From: Thaumarchaeota archaeon UBA164 | Lineage (GTDB): Archaea > Thermoproteota > Nitrososphaeria > Conexivisphaerales > UBA164 | NCBI GenBank assembly: GCA_002499005.1 | Contig: DAJU01000010.1 | Coordinates: 73,750 to 137,749, forward strand | Reading direction: 5' to 3' | DNA: 64,000 nucleotides | Shown: piece by piece, positions 1 through 10,077 of the stretch | How positions within the stretch are numbered: position 1 is the first letter of the stretch | Layout of the letters: each line of letters starts with the position of its first letter | The notes under the pieces: model-generated | The model's input: the letters and a program-made list of their open reading frames with translations, nothing else | Told to the model about the DNA's origin: nothing | Databases searched by the model: none | Position numbers and translations under genes: made by a program

Positions 1-168
1 AGAATACGAGGGAAGCTAAAGAGGAGAATATGGATAAGGGATGGCGATCTGGTGCTTGTCGCACCGTGGCCATTTGACGATACAAAATGCGATATACTCT
101 GGAGGTACACTGTCGCGCAAGTTGACTGGCTAAGGGATAATGGATATCTGCCTGCCGGCTTTGTTTAA
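1..168 (+). CDS. translation initiation factor aIF-1A, C-terminal part (5' end lies outside window)
   Basis: Frame 1 reads [55 protein letters not shown]. The RIWI..GD.VLV.PW...DI.WRY pattern is the conserved OB-fold half of aIF1A/eIF1A. Absent from the ORF track because it has no in-window start. Confidence 0.8.
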   Translation, partial: RIRGKLKRRIWIRDGDLVLVAPWPFDDTKCDILWRYTVAQVDWLRDNGYLPAGFV

Positions 169-241
169 AAACAGGTTTGCGGTTGCCGCTTAAAATTTTC
201 ATAAAGTTCATTAACCGCAAAATCTAACAATTAATGCATTT

Positions 242-1411
242 ATGCCAGCGGAATTCAAAAACAGGATAACCCTTGAAGAGGCGTTGCAGCTTTTAAATGC
301 GCTTAAGGGGTCAGTGGCGCCCTTGGCGCTTCAACCTGAAAAAGCGATAGGCCTTTTCTGCGCTGAAGACGTCAAGTGCAAATCCAGCGTTCCGCCTTTT
401 CCGGTCAGCATGGTTGACGGCTATGCTGTGTCAGCTACTGATAGAAATAGATTTCTTGTTGTGCATTCATTGGGTCCTGGCGAGATGGGACCTAGTGATT
501 TGCCGTTGGACAACGCGTTAAAGGTCAGCACCGGCTCGTATCTTCCAAAAAACGTGTGCTGCGTTGTGCCTCTAGAGAACTCTAGGGCTGATGGCGACTA
601 CGTTATAGTAGATTCATTTCCACCCGAGACAAACATAATGCCCGCAGGATTTGACTGCAATCGGAATGAAGTTGTATGTAGTGCAGGCGAAAGGATAACC
701 CATAAAAAGGCTTTCTTCTTAAAATGGATTGGGGTTCAGGTAGTAAAGGTGCTGCCAAAGCCCCGTGTCAGCATTATATCAGTCGGAAGCGAGCTTGTAA
801 GCGGCGAAGTCCCAAACACAAACTATATGGTTCTTTCTGGAATAATAGAAGACCTTGGCGCGTCGCCAAGTGTTGCGCAACCTGTTCCTGATGACATAAG
901 GGCCATAGCTGAGGCCATTTTATCAGCTCTAAAAGACAGCGATGCTGTAGTCACATCCGGCGGCTCAAGCGTAGGTGAAAGAGACCTTGTCGTTGATGCT
1001 GTTAAGCTGCTTAATGGCACGGTTCTGTTTCACGGGCTAAAGCTCAGACCGGGAAGAACTGGAGGCGTTGCGGTAATAGATGGAAAGCCGTTGATAATCA
1101 CATCTGGCAACATACAAGCCTCTGTAATAGAAACAATGCTGCTGTTGAGCAAGTCCCTTGAAGCAATGGGCTACCCAACCAGCATTAAAAGAACATATGC
1201 GCGCATTGACAATGACATAAAAGTAAATGGACCTGATGACTTCGGCTATGTTATCTGGGTAAAGCTTTACAACATACAAAACGAGCTTTTTGCAAGGACA
1301 ATTGAAGCCATGAGCACTTCAAGAAGGGTTGTTGAACGGGCAGACGGTTTTGTTATCATAAAAGGAAACTACATAAAGAAGAACTCTATTGTGGAAGTTT
1401 TTCTCTTATAA
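242..1411 (+). CDS. moeA: molybdopterin molybdenumtransferase MoeA
   Basis: 389 aa. MoeA-type motifs PVSMVDGYAV, VGSELV and TSGGSSVGERD; typical length. Confidence 0.85.
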   Translation: MPAEFKNRITLEEALQLLNALKGSVAPLALQPEKAIGLFCAEDVKCKSSVPPFPVSMVDGYAVSATDRNRFLVVHSLGPGEMGPSDLPLDNALKVSTGSYLPKNVCCVVPLENSRADGDYVIVDSFPPETNIMPAGFDCNRNEVVCSAGERITHKKAFFLKWIGVQVVKVLPKPRVSIISVGSELVSGEVPNTNYMVLSGIIEDLGASPSVAQPVPDDIRAIAEAILSALKDSDAVVTSGGSSVGERDLVVDAVKLLNGTVLFHGLKLRPGRTGGVAVIDGKPLIITSGNIQASVIETMLLLSKSLEAMGYPTSIKRTYARIDNDIKVNGPDDFGYVIWVKLYNIQNELFARTIEAMSTSRRVVERADGFVIIKGNYIKKNSIVEVFLL

Positions 1412-2515
1412 AATTCCTAGCTGGGAAAAGGTCAGCACCTTAAGGCCTTCAGGCACGTTAATGCCTTCTGCGATTTTATATGCTATAACACATTCGTAAC
1501 CTGCCTTGCTTGCTGCGTCAACAAGTCGTTGGGTTGCTATGCCATCAAGCATCACGCACTTGCCGTTTACCTTATCCAAGTTCTGTAACAGCTCGCTTAC
1601 TGGAAGCCTAGCGAGCTCTTTCTGCTCCCCATCAAGTATAACTGCTTCAAGCGTCTCCTTAAGCCCCGCGTAGATCTCCTTTGCCTTTTCAACAACGCTT
1701 TCCTCGAGAAGCGCTGGACCTGCTGACTTGCCTTCCAGTATCCCCCTTATCTCCTCTGGCGTAAGCTCCTCGACCTCCTTGCCTGGAGGAGCCCTGTAGA
1801 TTGGTATATCCCCTATTACTTGCTTTATTTCCATCTGTATAAGGTCGCCTCCCCTGTCGCCGTCAAGGAACGCTATCATCTTTTTCTTTCCCTTCAGCGC
1901 CTTGACCGTTTCCGGTATCTTAACCCCATTAACCGCAAGCGCGTTGTTATAACCCGCTCGCTGCAGGTTTATTACGTCGGCCCTGCCCTCAACCAGTATT
2001 ATTTCGTTTGACGTTTCAACTTCGGGACCAGCTGGAAGCTTGTCTGGACCATACTCTATGACGTTTACCGGCCTCAAAACGCTGTATATTTCGCTTTCGA
2101 CCTTTTCCCGTTCACTTGATGATTTTATGTACCACTCCTTCAGGATCTCCTTTGCCCTTTCAATTATTTGCTTCCTCTTTGACTCCCTTACGTCCTCTAT
2201 AGATTCAAGCTGTATCTTTGCGTTGCACGGTCCTACCTTTTCCACGCTTTCAACCATGGCCGCTATTAACGCGGTTGTCACTATATCTGTCGATGACGGT
2301 ATTATTATCTCCCCAAATGAAGTGTCATTCTTTGTCTGCATGTTTATCTCTATCCGGCCTATCTTCCAGTTTTTCTGAAGCTCGTTAAGGTTCAGCTCTG
2401 CGCCAAAAAGCCCTTCAGTCTGGCCAAATATGGCGCCTATGATGTCCGCCTTTTCTACTATACCCTCTATTGTGAATTTTAACTTAATTAGATACTTTGT
2501 TGTTGAATCCGGCAA
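1406..2515 (-). CDS. dnaG: archaeal DnaG primase-like protein (TOPRIM)
   Basis: 369 aa. N-terminus KYLIKLKFTIEGIVEKADIIGAIFGQTEGLFG is the archaeal DnaG hallmark. TOPRIM segment ILVEGRADV...FLDGDRGG. TTG start. Confidence 0.9.
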   Translation of the reverse strand: MPDSTTKYLIKLKFTIEGIVEKADIIGAIFGQTEGLFGAELNLNELQKNWKIGRIEINMQTKNDTSFGEIIIPSSTDIVTTALIAAMVESVEKVGPCNAKIQLESIEDVRESKRKQIIERAKEILKEWYIKSSSEREKVESEIYSVLRPVNVIEYGPDKLPAGPEVETSNEIILVEGRADVINLQRAGYNNALAVNGVKIPETVKALKGKKKMIAFLDGDRGGDLIQMEIKQVIGDIPIYRAPPGKEVEELTPEEIRGILEGKSAGPALLEESVVEKAKEIYAGLKETLEAVILDGEQKELARLPVSELLQNLDKVNGKCVMLDGIATQRLVDAASKAGYECVIAYKIAEGINVPEGLKVLTFSQLGIL

Positions 2516-2634
2516 TTAACATCACTACCTAAAGAGCGAACGTCCTTTTTAAAAACGTTTTTAATAATATTGCTCATTGGCGCTTCCTCCCTGGACATGG
2601 ATAAGCGTTTTGTTCATGTCCTGTATGACAGATT

Positions 2635-3981
2635 TCACTGTTTGAGAACCTCCACTTTTTCGCCTGCTGTCTTGAGCCTTTCCCAGTAGTTCCCTACCAT
2701 CTCGAGCGCCTTTTTATTTACCTTCTCTAGGTCCACCGTGGTTGGCACGCCTTTGCTGAGGACAACTCTGCCGTCAACAACTACTGTATCGACGTCTTTT
2801 GAGTTAACGCTGTTCACTAAGTAAGCGTATGCAGAACTCTCAGTTAACGGCGTTGGCCTTATTAAAGGCTTTATAACCACGACGTCGGCGTTCTTCCCGG
2901 GTTCTATGGAGCCAACATTCTCAAGGCCGTATGCCTTTGCCGCATTTACTGTTGCCATTTCAAGCACATCCAAAAAGCCCATTACCCTGGGGTCAAGCCT
3001 GTTCAGCTTGTGCATCAGATAGGCAGCCCGTATATTTTCAAATTCGTCAAATACATAACCGTCATTACCAAGTGAAACGTTTATCCCCATCCTCATCATT
3101 TCTGGAACTGGAGCTGTGCCAACTGCGTTAAGCATGTTGCTTAGCGGGTTGTGGGCAACGTTTGTGCCCGTTTCCCTGATAATACTTAGTTCGTCTTCGT
3201 TTACATTTACTGCGTGCGCCACAACGCTCCTTGGCCCCAGCGCGTTTAAATCCCTTAGCCTTTCAAACGTCCTTTTCCCATACCGCTCAAGGTTATGATA
3301 AAGGTCCCACTTGCCCTCAGAGGTATGTATCGTGAATGGAACGCCAAGCTTGTCGCGCTCCTCGACCGCCTTCTTTATCAAATCATCGGTAACGGTAAAC
3401 GATGCGTGAAGGCTTATCATTCCTCTTACCTTTGTCCCGCCCTTTTTTATGAACCGAATGTTTTCTTCAAGCCCCCTGTATCCTTCTTCAATGTTCCGCC
3501 TTTGTGTGGCTTCAAACGATATTATCCCCTTTATGCCTGCCTCCTTAACGCCCTTTTCTATATAATCAAGAACTCCGTCTATTGCATTGGGCCCGCTGAA
3601 CGTATCGGCGAACATTGTCACACCGCTTCTTAACATCTCAAGTGAGGCCGTTAAAGCGCTAATATATGCGTCATCTCTGTTCATCGTTTCGTCCATTGGC
3701 CACCATATCCTCTGCAGGTTTTGCGTGAAGTCACTCGGTGGAGATATCTTAAGCGGAGACCCCCTTAGAAGTATACCGTAAAGATGCGTATGTGAACATA
3801 TAAGCCCTGGAACAACGATTCCCCCTTCTGCATCTACAACGGTTTCGCCGCTTTCTTTTGACTCACCTTTTATAACGTCGACTATTTTGTCGTTTTCCAC
3901 TATAACATTCCCTTTAAAAACCTCTCTTTTCTTATTCATCGTCACGATTATGCCGTTTTTTACTACAAGGCTTCGGTTCAT
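2635..3981 (-). CDS. metal-dependent amidohydrolase (MtaD/SsnA/chlorohydrolase-type deaminase family); substrate not assignable
   Basis: 448 aa. HxH motif CSHTHLYG, later HAS / HTSE / HAV / NDG metal-ligand-like positions; overall amidohydrolase-1 layout. Confidence 0.7.
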   Translation of the reverse strand: MNRSLVVKNGIIVTMNKKREVFKGNVIVENDKIVDVIKGESKESGETVVDAEGGIVVPGLICSHTHLYGILLRGSPLKISPPSDFTQNLQRIWWPMDETMNRDDAYISALTASLEMLRSGVTMFADTFSGPNAIDGVLDYIEKGVKEAGIKGIISFEATQRRNIEEGYRGLEENIRFIKKGGTKVRGMISLHASFTVTDDLIKKAVEERDKLGVPFTIHTSEGKWDLYHNLERYGKRTFERLRDLNALGPRSVVAHAVNVNEDELSIIRETGTNVAHNPLSNMLNAVGTAPVPEMMRMGINVSLGNDGYVFDEFENIRAAYLMHKLNRLDPRVMGFLDVLEMATVNAAKAYGLENVGSIEPGKNADVVVIKPLIRPTPLTESSAYAYLVNSVNSKDVDTVVVDGRVVLSKGVPTTVDLEKVNKKALEMVGNYWERLKTAGEKVEVLKQ

Positions 3982-4065
3982 TGCTCCCTCAAGTTCATTT
4001 TTTGCCGCAGGTTAAATTCTTTTTTGCCGTTAAAGCACAAAATGCTTTATTCTGAAATTTTAGCA

Positions 4066-4139
4066 AGCCTCGGGCGGGATTTGAACCCGCGACCTTCGCC
4101 TTACCAAGGCGACGCTCTAACCAGCTGAGCTACCGAGGC
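4066..4139 (-). tRNA. tRNA-Thr (anticodon GGU), no intron, no encoded CCA
   Basis: Reverse complement GCCTCGG-TA-GCTC-AGCTGGTTA-GAGC-G-TCGCC-TTGGTAA-GGCGA-AGGTC-GCGGG-TTCAAAT-CCCGC-CCGAGGC-T folds as a perfect 74-nt cloverleaf (7/4/5/5 bp stems). Anticodon loop TTGGTAA gives GGT. Confidence 0.92.
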
Positions 4140-6477
4140 TCAAGTTATGCATTGCGACAAGGTCTTTTGTGAATATGGATAATTCATCCGGTATTTTTAA
4201 GTTTATTGGGTCCTTTAGGCTGAGCCCCCTTTCCTTCTTTGCGTTCCAAACGCTGTGGTTAAACGCCACAAGCTTTTCAGTATAACCTGTCATATCCTGC
4301 ACCTTTGGTTCTGCATCAGGATATTTTTCTGCATGAACGTCTTTGTCGAAAATCATATTATATATATAATATGTTACAAACGGGATGTAAGGCGCTGAAA
4401 GCCTTAATATTATATCCAGCGAATGATAAAGCGTCCATAACGCCGACTTCCTCTCTGCTTCAGTAAAGCCTGGTGCCATATACAGCCTGGGCTTTACCAT
4501 CTCTATGTAGTGATCAGCGAACACAAACCACGTAAAATCCCTTATAAGCGTGAATGCCTTGTTGAACTGGTACTGATCATTTGCTGCTTTCACGTTATTT
4601 ATGAGCGAGTTTAGCTCTGAAGTTATCCAAACATCTGCGTTTGTTATAGGCCCTGACGCCTTTTCCCAGTTAAATGAACTTATAAACCTTGATATGTTAA
4701 GGAGCTTTGTAAGGAACTTAGATGCCGCCTCGAGCCTTGATGGCGAGAATTTAACATCGCCTGTGGTTATGTCGCCCTCTAAAAACGCCCATGCCCTGAA
4801 TGCTTCAGCGCCATATCTTTTTATCACGTCCATTGGATCAACGACATTCCCAAGGCTCTTGCTCATTTTTCTCCCACGCTCATCCACAACATGCATGTGT
4901 ATCCATACGTCCTTAAACGGTTCCTTGCCCAAGAACAGATAGGACTTGAGCAACGTGAAGTAAAGCCAGCTCCTGACTATTTCCTTTCCCTGAGGCCTTA
5001 GGCTTACAGGATAGCTCTTACTGAAAAATTCTCTGTCCCACAGGTATCCGGATATGTAAATTGGCGTATTGCTTGAATCAAACCAGGTGTCAAATATTCT
5101 TGTTTCACCAATGAACTCAGCGCCACCACATTTAGGGCACCTGTCTATGGGAGGCCTTTCCTTCCATGGGACATAATACCTGCCCTTAGGAGGCACGTAC
5201 ACATAACCGCAACTTTTACAGTACCATACAGGTATTTCTGTCCCATAATACCTTCTTCTTGAAATTACCCAATCATCAGTAAGCGATCCTATCCAGCTGT
5301 AAAGCAGCTGGGCGCTTTCCTTTGAATAAAAGCTCATCCTGCCAGCTAACTTTGCCAACTCTTCTTTAAATGCAACCTGTTTAAGGTACAGCTCCTTTCT
5401 AGGAATAAACTCTATAGGTGTTTTGCTTCTCCAGCATATTGGAGTTTCGTGCATTACATCCTCTTCCTTCACTAGCGCTCCTATGGCTTTCAGGTCATCA
5501 GCTATGGCCCTTCTGGCCTCCCTTACCTTCATCCCCCTGTACTTGCCCGCAAGGGGGTTCATCCTCCCGTCTTCATCTATCAAAAATACAGGATCTAGGC
5601 CAAGGTCCTTGAACACTATCATGTCACCTCTGTCACCAAAGCTGCATATCATAACCAGCCCAGTGCCGAAGTCAGGTTTAGCGTATGGGTGATCAACGAT
5701 TGGTATCTCGTTATTGTATATAGGGACTATTGCCTTTTCCCCCTTTAAGGCGGTATACCTTTCATCGCTGGGGTTATAAATTATAGCCTTGCAGGCTGCG
5801 AGCAGTTCAGGCCTTGTGGTGGCTACAACAACGTCCCCGCCTCTTTTTAAGGGGAACCTTATATAGTAAAGCTTAGTTCTTTCCTCTTCGTATTCAACTT
5901 CTGCATCAGAAAGTGAAATCCTGCAGTCCGGGCAGTAGTTTGACACCTTTTCACTTTCATATATAAGGCCCTTGTTGTACAGCTCTATAAAAGTCTCCTG
6001 GGTAAGCCTCCTGAATTCAGGGTCGTCTGTTTCATAAAGGCCTCCGAGTTCATAGGACTTCTCGTAGCTGTTAAAGCTTATCCCGAGTCGTTTAAAGCTT
6101 CTTTTTGTGGCATCGGAGTTCTTATCCAAAAGCTCCCTGCACTTGCCTATGAACTCCGCCCTTGGCGTGGTTCGCACGCTTATCTTGAACTCCTTTTCTG
6201 CCTGTACCTCTATTGGCAACCCATTTCTGTCAAGGCCAAGTGGAAACAAGACGCTGTGACCGGTCATCCGCTTATATCTTGCTATGGCGTCCATGTAAAC
6301 AAATGTAAACGCCTGCCCTATGTGGACTGGCGTGTTTACATACGGGGGAGGCGTGTCAATTATGTAAACCGGCCGATCATCCTTTACAAACCTGTACCAG
6401 CCTTTATCCTCCCATTCCTTTAATATTTCTTCCTCTACTTTAGGGTCCCATCTTGTTGAGATGCTCATGAAATTCAC
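4117..6477 (-). CDS. valS: valyl-tRNA synthetase
   Basis: 786 aa class I aaRS. TPPPYVNTPVHIGQA (HIGH-type motif, read here as HIGQ), KMSKSLGN, Cys knuckles (CPDC, CKSCG, CPKCG). Size fits archaeal ValRS rather than LeuRS/IleRS. The last 23 nt including the stop overlap tRNA-Thr. Confidence 0.85.
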   Translation of the reverse strand: MNFMSISTRWDPKVEEEILKEWEDKGWYRFVKDDRPVYIIDTPPPYVNTPVHIGQAFTFVYMDAIARYKRMTGHSVLFPLGLDRNGLPIEVQAEKEFKISVRTTPRAEFIGKCRELLDKNSDATKRSFKRLGISFNSYEKSYELGGLYETDDPEFRRLTQETFIELYNKGLIYESEKVSNYCPDCRISLSDAEVEYEEERTKLYYIRFPLKRGGDVVVATTRPELLAACKAIIYNPSDERYTALKGEKAIVPIYNNEIPIVDHPYAKPDFGTGLVMICSFGDRGDMIVFKDLGLDPVFLIDEDGRMNPLAGKYRGMKVREARRAIADDLKAIGALVKEEDVMHETPICWRSKTPIEFIPRKELYLKQVAFKEELAKLAGRMSFYSKESAQLLYSWIGSLTDDWVISRRRYYGTEIPVWYCKSCGYVYVPPKGRYYVPWKERPPIDRCPKCGGAEFIGETRIFDTWFDSSNTPIYISGYLWDREFFSKSYPVSLRPQGKEIVRSWLYFTLLKSYLFLGKEPFKDVWIHMHVVDERGRKMSKSLGNVVDPMDVIKRYGAEAFRAWAFLEGDITTGDVKFSPSRLEAASKFLTKLLNISRFISSFNWEKASGPITNADVWITSELNSLINNVKAANDQYQFNKAFTLIRDFTWFVFADHYIEMVKPRLYMAPGFTEAERKSALWTLYHSLDIILRLSAPYIPFVTYYIYNMIFDKDVHAEKYPDAEPKVQDMTGYTEKLVAFNHSVWNAKKERGLSLKDPINLKIPDELSIFTKDLVAMHNLSLGSSAG

Positions 6478-7739
6478 CCCTGCTGTGTCCTATATCTGAG
6501 TATAACGCCTATCCCGCCAAAATTCTTAAACATTTGTCCTGACTCGGACTTTGATGATATTATCTCAAGCTTCGCGCCTATTGACGAAGCGAGGTCGGCC
6601 AAGTAATCTACAAGGTCAAAGTGCTTTACGTCCCAGTTTGTTTTGCCACATACAGGGCATGCTTCTTGCGCCATTGAGGCCTTGACTTCATAAAGCTTAG
6701 ATCCGTCAACAAACTTTTCGTTCACATATCCGCAAGACCTGCACGTTGCCTCTACCCTGAACGTGTTTATATCCTCAGAAACAAGTATTGTATCTGCATT
6801 GGCGGCCTTTATAGCTTTCAGCGATGGCTCAAGGCCGTAAACCGCAAGCCCGTCCTTTTTTGAGGCCTCCTGCAGAAATCTTTCAACAAGTCTTCTTTCT
6901 TCAACAAGCCTAAGGTTCTCTATAAGCTCCCCGCCACGTTCAAGCGTCTCCCTTATGCCCTCGGCCCCTGAATAGCCTGTGTCCACAAATCCTATGGTCA
7001 TCTTTTCAAGCCTGTAGTCAAGATACCCGCCTTTAAAGAAGTCCTCCTTTGCCATCCCAGGGCCACTTATTATAAGCGACTTTATGCTGTATTGATCTAT
7101 GAATATTCGCTTTGCATGCTCGGCGACCCTGTGAAAGTAGTCGTTTATCTCATTTTCGCGTATACGCTCAAACCTTCTGGCAGATTGGCCACCCTGCCTG
7201 TGCTTGCTCCCCACGCCACTGGTTATTACCTCTACAACTTCAACCCTGTCACCCATTATTATCCCAAAGCCCGCCTCAGACAGGTCAATTGAAATTACGC
7301 CTACAAGCGCCTCCTCCTTGACCATTTCCTCTAGTATGTCCAAGTGGAAGTGGTCGTCGCATCTGTAAAGGTACGTTGGCACAGGCTTTGGAGGATTTAT
7401 TTCGTAATAAACAAGCGTTTCATCAGCAGGGTTTTCCGGGGATGGCGTATAACCGCAAAACACAATAAACCCATTTTCGGGGAACTGTTTGTAAAGCTTG
7501 AGCTTTTGCATTATGTGCATGAGCGCGCCCTGCACGTGAGACCTGGTCTGGTCGCTTTTTATGTTTGATGCGGTGCCGTATTCATCCCTTAGCTGGTTTA
7601 TTACGTCATAAACAGGCCTCTTTGGAGGCACATAAAGGGTTACCAGCTCAGTCCCTCGGCCCCTTACGTTCTGGAGTTCCATAAGTAACCTCCTTATCCT
7701 ATAAAGTTCAAGGGAACTTTTTTCAGTCTCCAAAGACAT
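6474..7739 (-). CDS. prf1: peptide chain release factor aRF1
   Basis: 421 aa. NIKS motif (TASNIKS), GGQ motif (HRQGGQSARRF), Cys pairs in the C-domain (CRSCG...CPVCG). Confidence 0.9.
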   Translation of the reverse strand: MSLETEKSSLELYRIRRLLMELQNVRGRGTELVTLYVPPKRPVYDVINQLRDEYGTASNIKSDQTRSHVQGALMHIMQKLKLYKQFPENGFIVFCGYTPSPENPADETLVYYEINPPKPVPTYLYRCDDHFHLDILEEMVKEEALVGVISIDLSEAGFGIIMGDRVEVVEVITSGVGSKHRQGGQSARRFERIRENEINDYFHRVAEHAKRIFIDQYSIKSLIISGPGMAKEDFFKGGYLDYRLEKMTIGFVDTGYSGAEGIRETLERGGELIENLRLVEERRLVERFLQEASKKDGLAVYGLEPSLKAIKAANADTILVSEDINTFRVEATCRSCGYVNEKFVDGSKLYEVKASMAQEACPVCGKTNWDVKHFDLVDYLADLASSIGAKLEIISSKSESGQMFKNFGGIGVILRYRTQQG

Positions 7740-7801
7740 ATTAACGCCTCCAATTTTCGCCTGTTATTATAAAATCGTTTCCATAATTGTGCTCAGGCAT
7801 A

Positions 7802-8413
7802 TTATGAAGACCGTTTCACGCTTATGACCTGCTCAGTTGCCGGTAGAAAAAGCAGCCCCTCATCTTTATCGCCAAGCCCAACTGCCCTTCCTTTCAAATA
7901 CTCAATGCCAAGATAGGCTATCGTTGCCGCATCAGCTTCATGGGGACTTTCAGGAAAACATCCCTTAAGGCCAAGCACCAGCTTTAGGTCGTTTAAGAGC
8001 ATGCCCAACTCCTTGTTTCTGTGCATCCCAAGCAGATCCTGTACCCCACCTGGGTATGATTCAAACACAGAAAATCCGAGCCTGCTGAGCGCGTCCTTGA
8101 TCTTAATTCCCCTTTTGGTAAGGTCTCTCATAGGCCCTAGAGTTATTGGAAAGAACCTTATGCCAAGCTGCCTGAGCTGTAGATCGCACTTCCTGAAGTG
8201 GGGGCCACCTTTATCGTCTATGCTACTTCTGCCACGGGGAATTGAAAGCGGCGCATCTATAAGTATTACATCTGGCATTATCAGCTTTGCGACCATGATT
8301 ATTTCATTATCAGAAAAAACTGTAAATGAAACACAGTTAAGGTTTTCATCAACAGTTGCGATGCCTGTTTGATTTTTTTCAAACGCCGCTAGGTCAATCC
8401 CCATCGCTATCAT
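7802..8413 (-). CDS. RNase H-fold protein, DUF429-like (predicted nuclease)
   Basis: 203 aa. GIDLA...TGIA N-terminus, IDAPLSIPRG, ESYPG and HEADA near the C-terminus resemble the DUF429/COG2410 pattern. Overlaps the ubiX 3' end by 20 nt. Confidence 0.45.
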   Translation of the reverse strand: MIAMGIDLAAFEKNQTGIATVDENLNCVSFTVFSDNEIIMVAKLIMPDVILIDAPLSIPRGRSSIDDKGGPHFRKCDLQLRQLGIRFFPITLGPMRDLTKRGIKIKDALSRLGFSVFESYPGGVQDLLGMHRNKELGMLLNDLKLVLGLKGCFPESPHEADAATIAYLGIEYLKGRAVGLGDKDEGLLFLPATEQVISVKRSS

Positions 8414-8966
8414 TATGGGCCCACCTGGGGTACATTGAGTTGCCTACGCCGGCCGCCTCTAGTGCCCTGCCAACTATGAAGTTTATCATGTCATTGATGT
8501 CGTTTACCCTTCCGTAAAACCCAGGTGAAGCCGGCATCACGATCCCGCCAGCCTCTGAAACGCTTAGCATGTTACGTATATGAATTGTTGAAAGCGGGGC
8601 CTCGCGAATTACCAGCACAAGCCGTCTTCTTTCCTTAAGCTGTACAAGCGCTGCCCTTGTTATCACGTTTTCCTCTATGCCACCGGCTATAAGGCCAAGG
8701 GTTTTCATGCTACACGGTATTATCACCATTGAGTCAAAGACGTTTGAGCCGCTTGCCATCGGGGCATCCCAATCGTTTTCCGAGTAAAGCCTTGTCCCCA
8801 AAGCCTTTAACTCATTTAAAAATCCGGGGAACTCATACTTTGCGGTCTCAACTGCGCCGTTTGAATAAATTACATGCACTTCGTGGCCAAGGGCCTTTGC
8901 GGCCTCCGCCGATCTTAGCCCAAGGACAACGCCGCTTGCACCAGTTATGCCTATTATAACCTTCAT
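8394..8966 (-). CDS. ubiX: flavin prenyltransferase UbiX
   Basis: 190 aa. MKVIIGITGASG N-terminus, IIPCSMKTLG, PASPGFY: typical UbiX/Pad1 flavoprotein. Confidence 0.85.
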   Translation of the reverse strand: MKVIIGITGASGVVLGLRSAEAAKALGHEVHVIYSNGAVETAKYEFPGFLNELKALGTRLYSENDWDAPMASGSNVFDSMVIIPCSMKTLGLIAGGIEENVITRAALVQLKERRRLVLVIREAPLSTIHIRNMLSVSEAGGIVMPASPGFYGRVNDINDMINFIVGRALEAAGVGNSMYPRWAHNDSDGD

Positions 8967-9097
8967 CCAGTGCCTTTTATGTTTCGGCCGTTTAAGGCCT
9001 TTTCCCGTCTATTTTTGACAACCTAGTGCTAAGTAGATTAACCAGCCTTATATGTATCACGTGTACATAAATCAATAGCGACTGCGGCCGCTAACGA

Positions 9098-9331
9098 TTA
9101 CTTAAAAAAGTAGCTTACGACCAAGAGTATTACAAGCATCGCTATAAAGACGCCGTAAATGACCCATAACGTGTTTTTTTCCTTTTTCTGTTGATTCAGA
9201 TCCTTGTCCCTGCACTCCTTGCTGCAATATATTTGGCCTTCAGGTATCGCCTTTCCGCAGACCTTGCAATGTGAATGAGGGGGTATGTAGAAATCCTTTG
9301 GATCCTTCTTTTTCTTTTCGCTTGTGCTCAA
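9098..9331 (-). CDS. small Zn-ribbon membrane protein (DUF2116-like)
   Basis: 77 aa. HSHCKVCGKAIPEGQIYCSKECRD followed by one C-terminal TM helix. 4-nt overlap with pyrH. Confidence 0.5.
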   Translation of the reverse strand: MSTSEKKKKDPKDFYIPPHSHCKVCGKAIPEGQIYCSKECRDKDLNQQKKEKNTLWVIYGVFIAMLVILLVVSYFFK

Positions 9332-9996
9332 GTTATAATCCTTGTTCCTAGGACTTCCCCATATAAGGCTTTCCTAATAACTGCAGGGTCATGCCCGACT
9401 ATCACAGTGTTGATCTTCGACCTCTCTATTATGTTAAGGGCCACTTGGTCCATGAGTTCATAAGTGCCAGCTATGTACGAAGACTTGAGCAGCTCCCTCA
9501 GCCTTGGCACCGTTATCTCCTTTATCAGCTTGGCATCGCCATACACCTCCGGGTTTTTGTCGTACACGCCGCCTGCCTTTGTAGCGTTTACGAACACATC
9601 TGCCTGAAGAAATTCGGCCAGCACAGCCGCCACCGCATTTGTGCTCTGGCCAGGCAGCATCCCTCCTGCCACTGGTATGAGCCCTTCGCTCCAGGCCTCC
9701 CACGCCTCTTCGGGCTTCTCAACAACTTTATAGTAACCCGCGTCCCCAAGGGCCCAGTTAAGCAAGCTTGCGTTTGTGCGGGTAACCATAATGCCTATGA
9801 GATCAAGCTTGGACTCGTTAAGGCCTAGCCCGCGGCCAATCTCTATGTATTCCCTTGAAATAGGCCCCCCACCAACAACTACAGCTATCGTGTAGCCTTT
9901 TTTTCTCTCCTCTTTCAGCATCGACGAAATAGCGCCTATTCTTTCCGCCTTGTTTTTAGCAAACACATCGCCACTAACCTTAAGAACCGCCTTCAA
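9328..9996 (-). CDS. pyrH: uridylate (UMP) kinase
   Basis: 222 aa amino-acid-kinase fold. KVSGDVF, VVVGGGPISR..., typical archaeal PyrH length. Confidence 0.85.
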   Translation of the reverse strand: MKAVLKVSGDVFAKNKAERIGAISSMLKEERKKGYTIAVVVGGGPISREYIEIGRGLGLNESKLDLIGIMVTRTNASLLNWALGDAGYYKVVEKPEEAWEAWSEGLIPVAGGMLPGQSTNAVAAVLAEFLQADVFVNATKAGGVYDKNPEVYGDAKLIKEITVPRLRELLKSSYIAGTYELMDQVALNIIERSKINTVIVGHDPAVIRKALYGEVLGTRIIT

Positions 9997-10077
9997 CCTC
10001 CATTGCTACTTGTACAATGCTTTTTATAGCCATTACGCATTTAAATGCAAAATAAGGGCAGTGCCTGATGCTAACGT

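Noticed and set aside
4117-6477. HIGQ instead of HIGH in the ValRS signature, considered as a sign of a non-canonical synthetase
   Set aside because: Variation at the last HIGH position occurs in class I synthetases, and I cannot check lineage conservation without alignments. Recorded only in the feature evidence.
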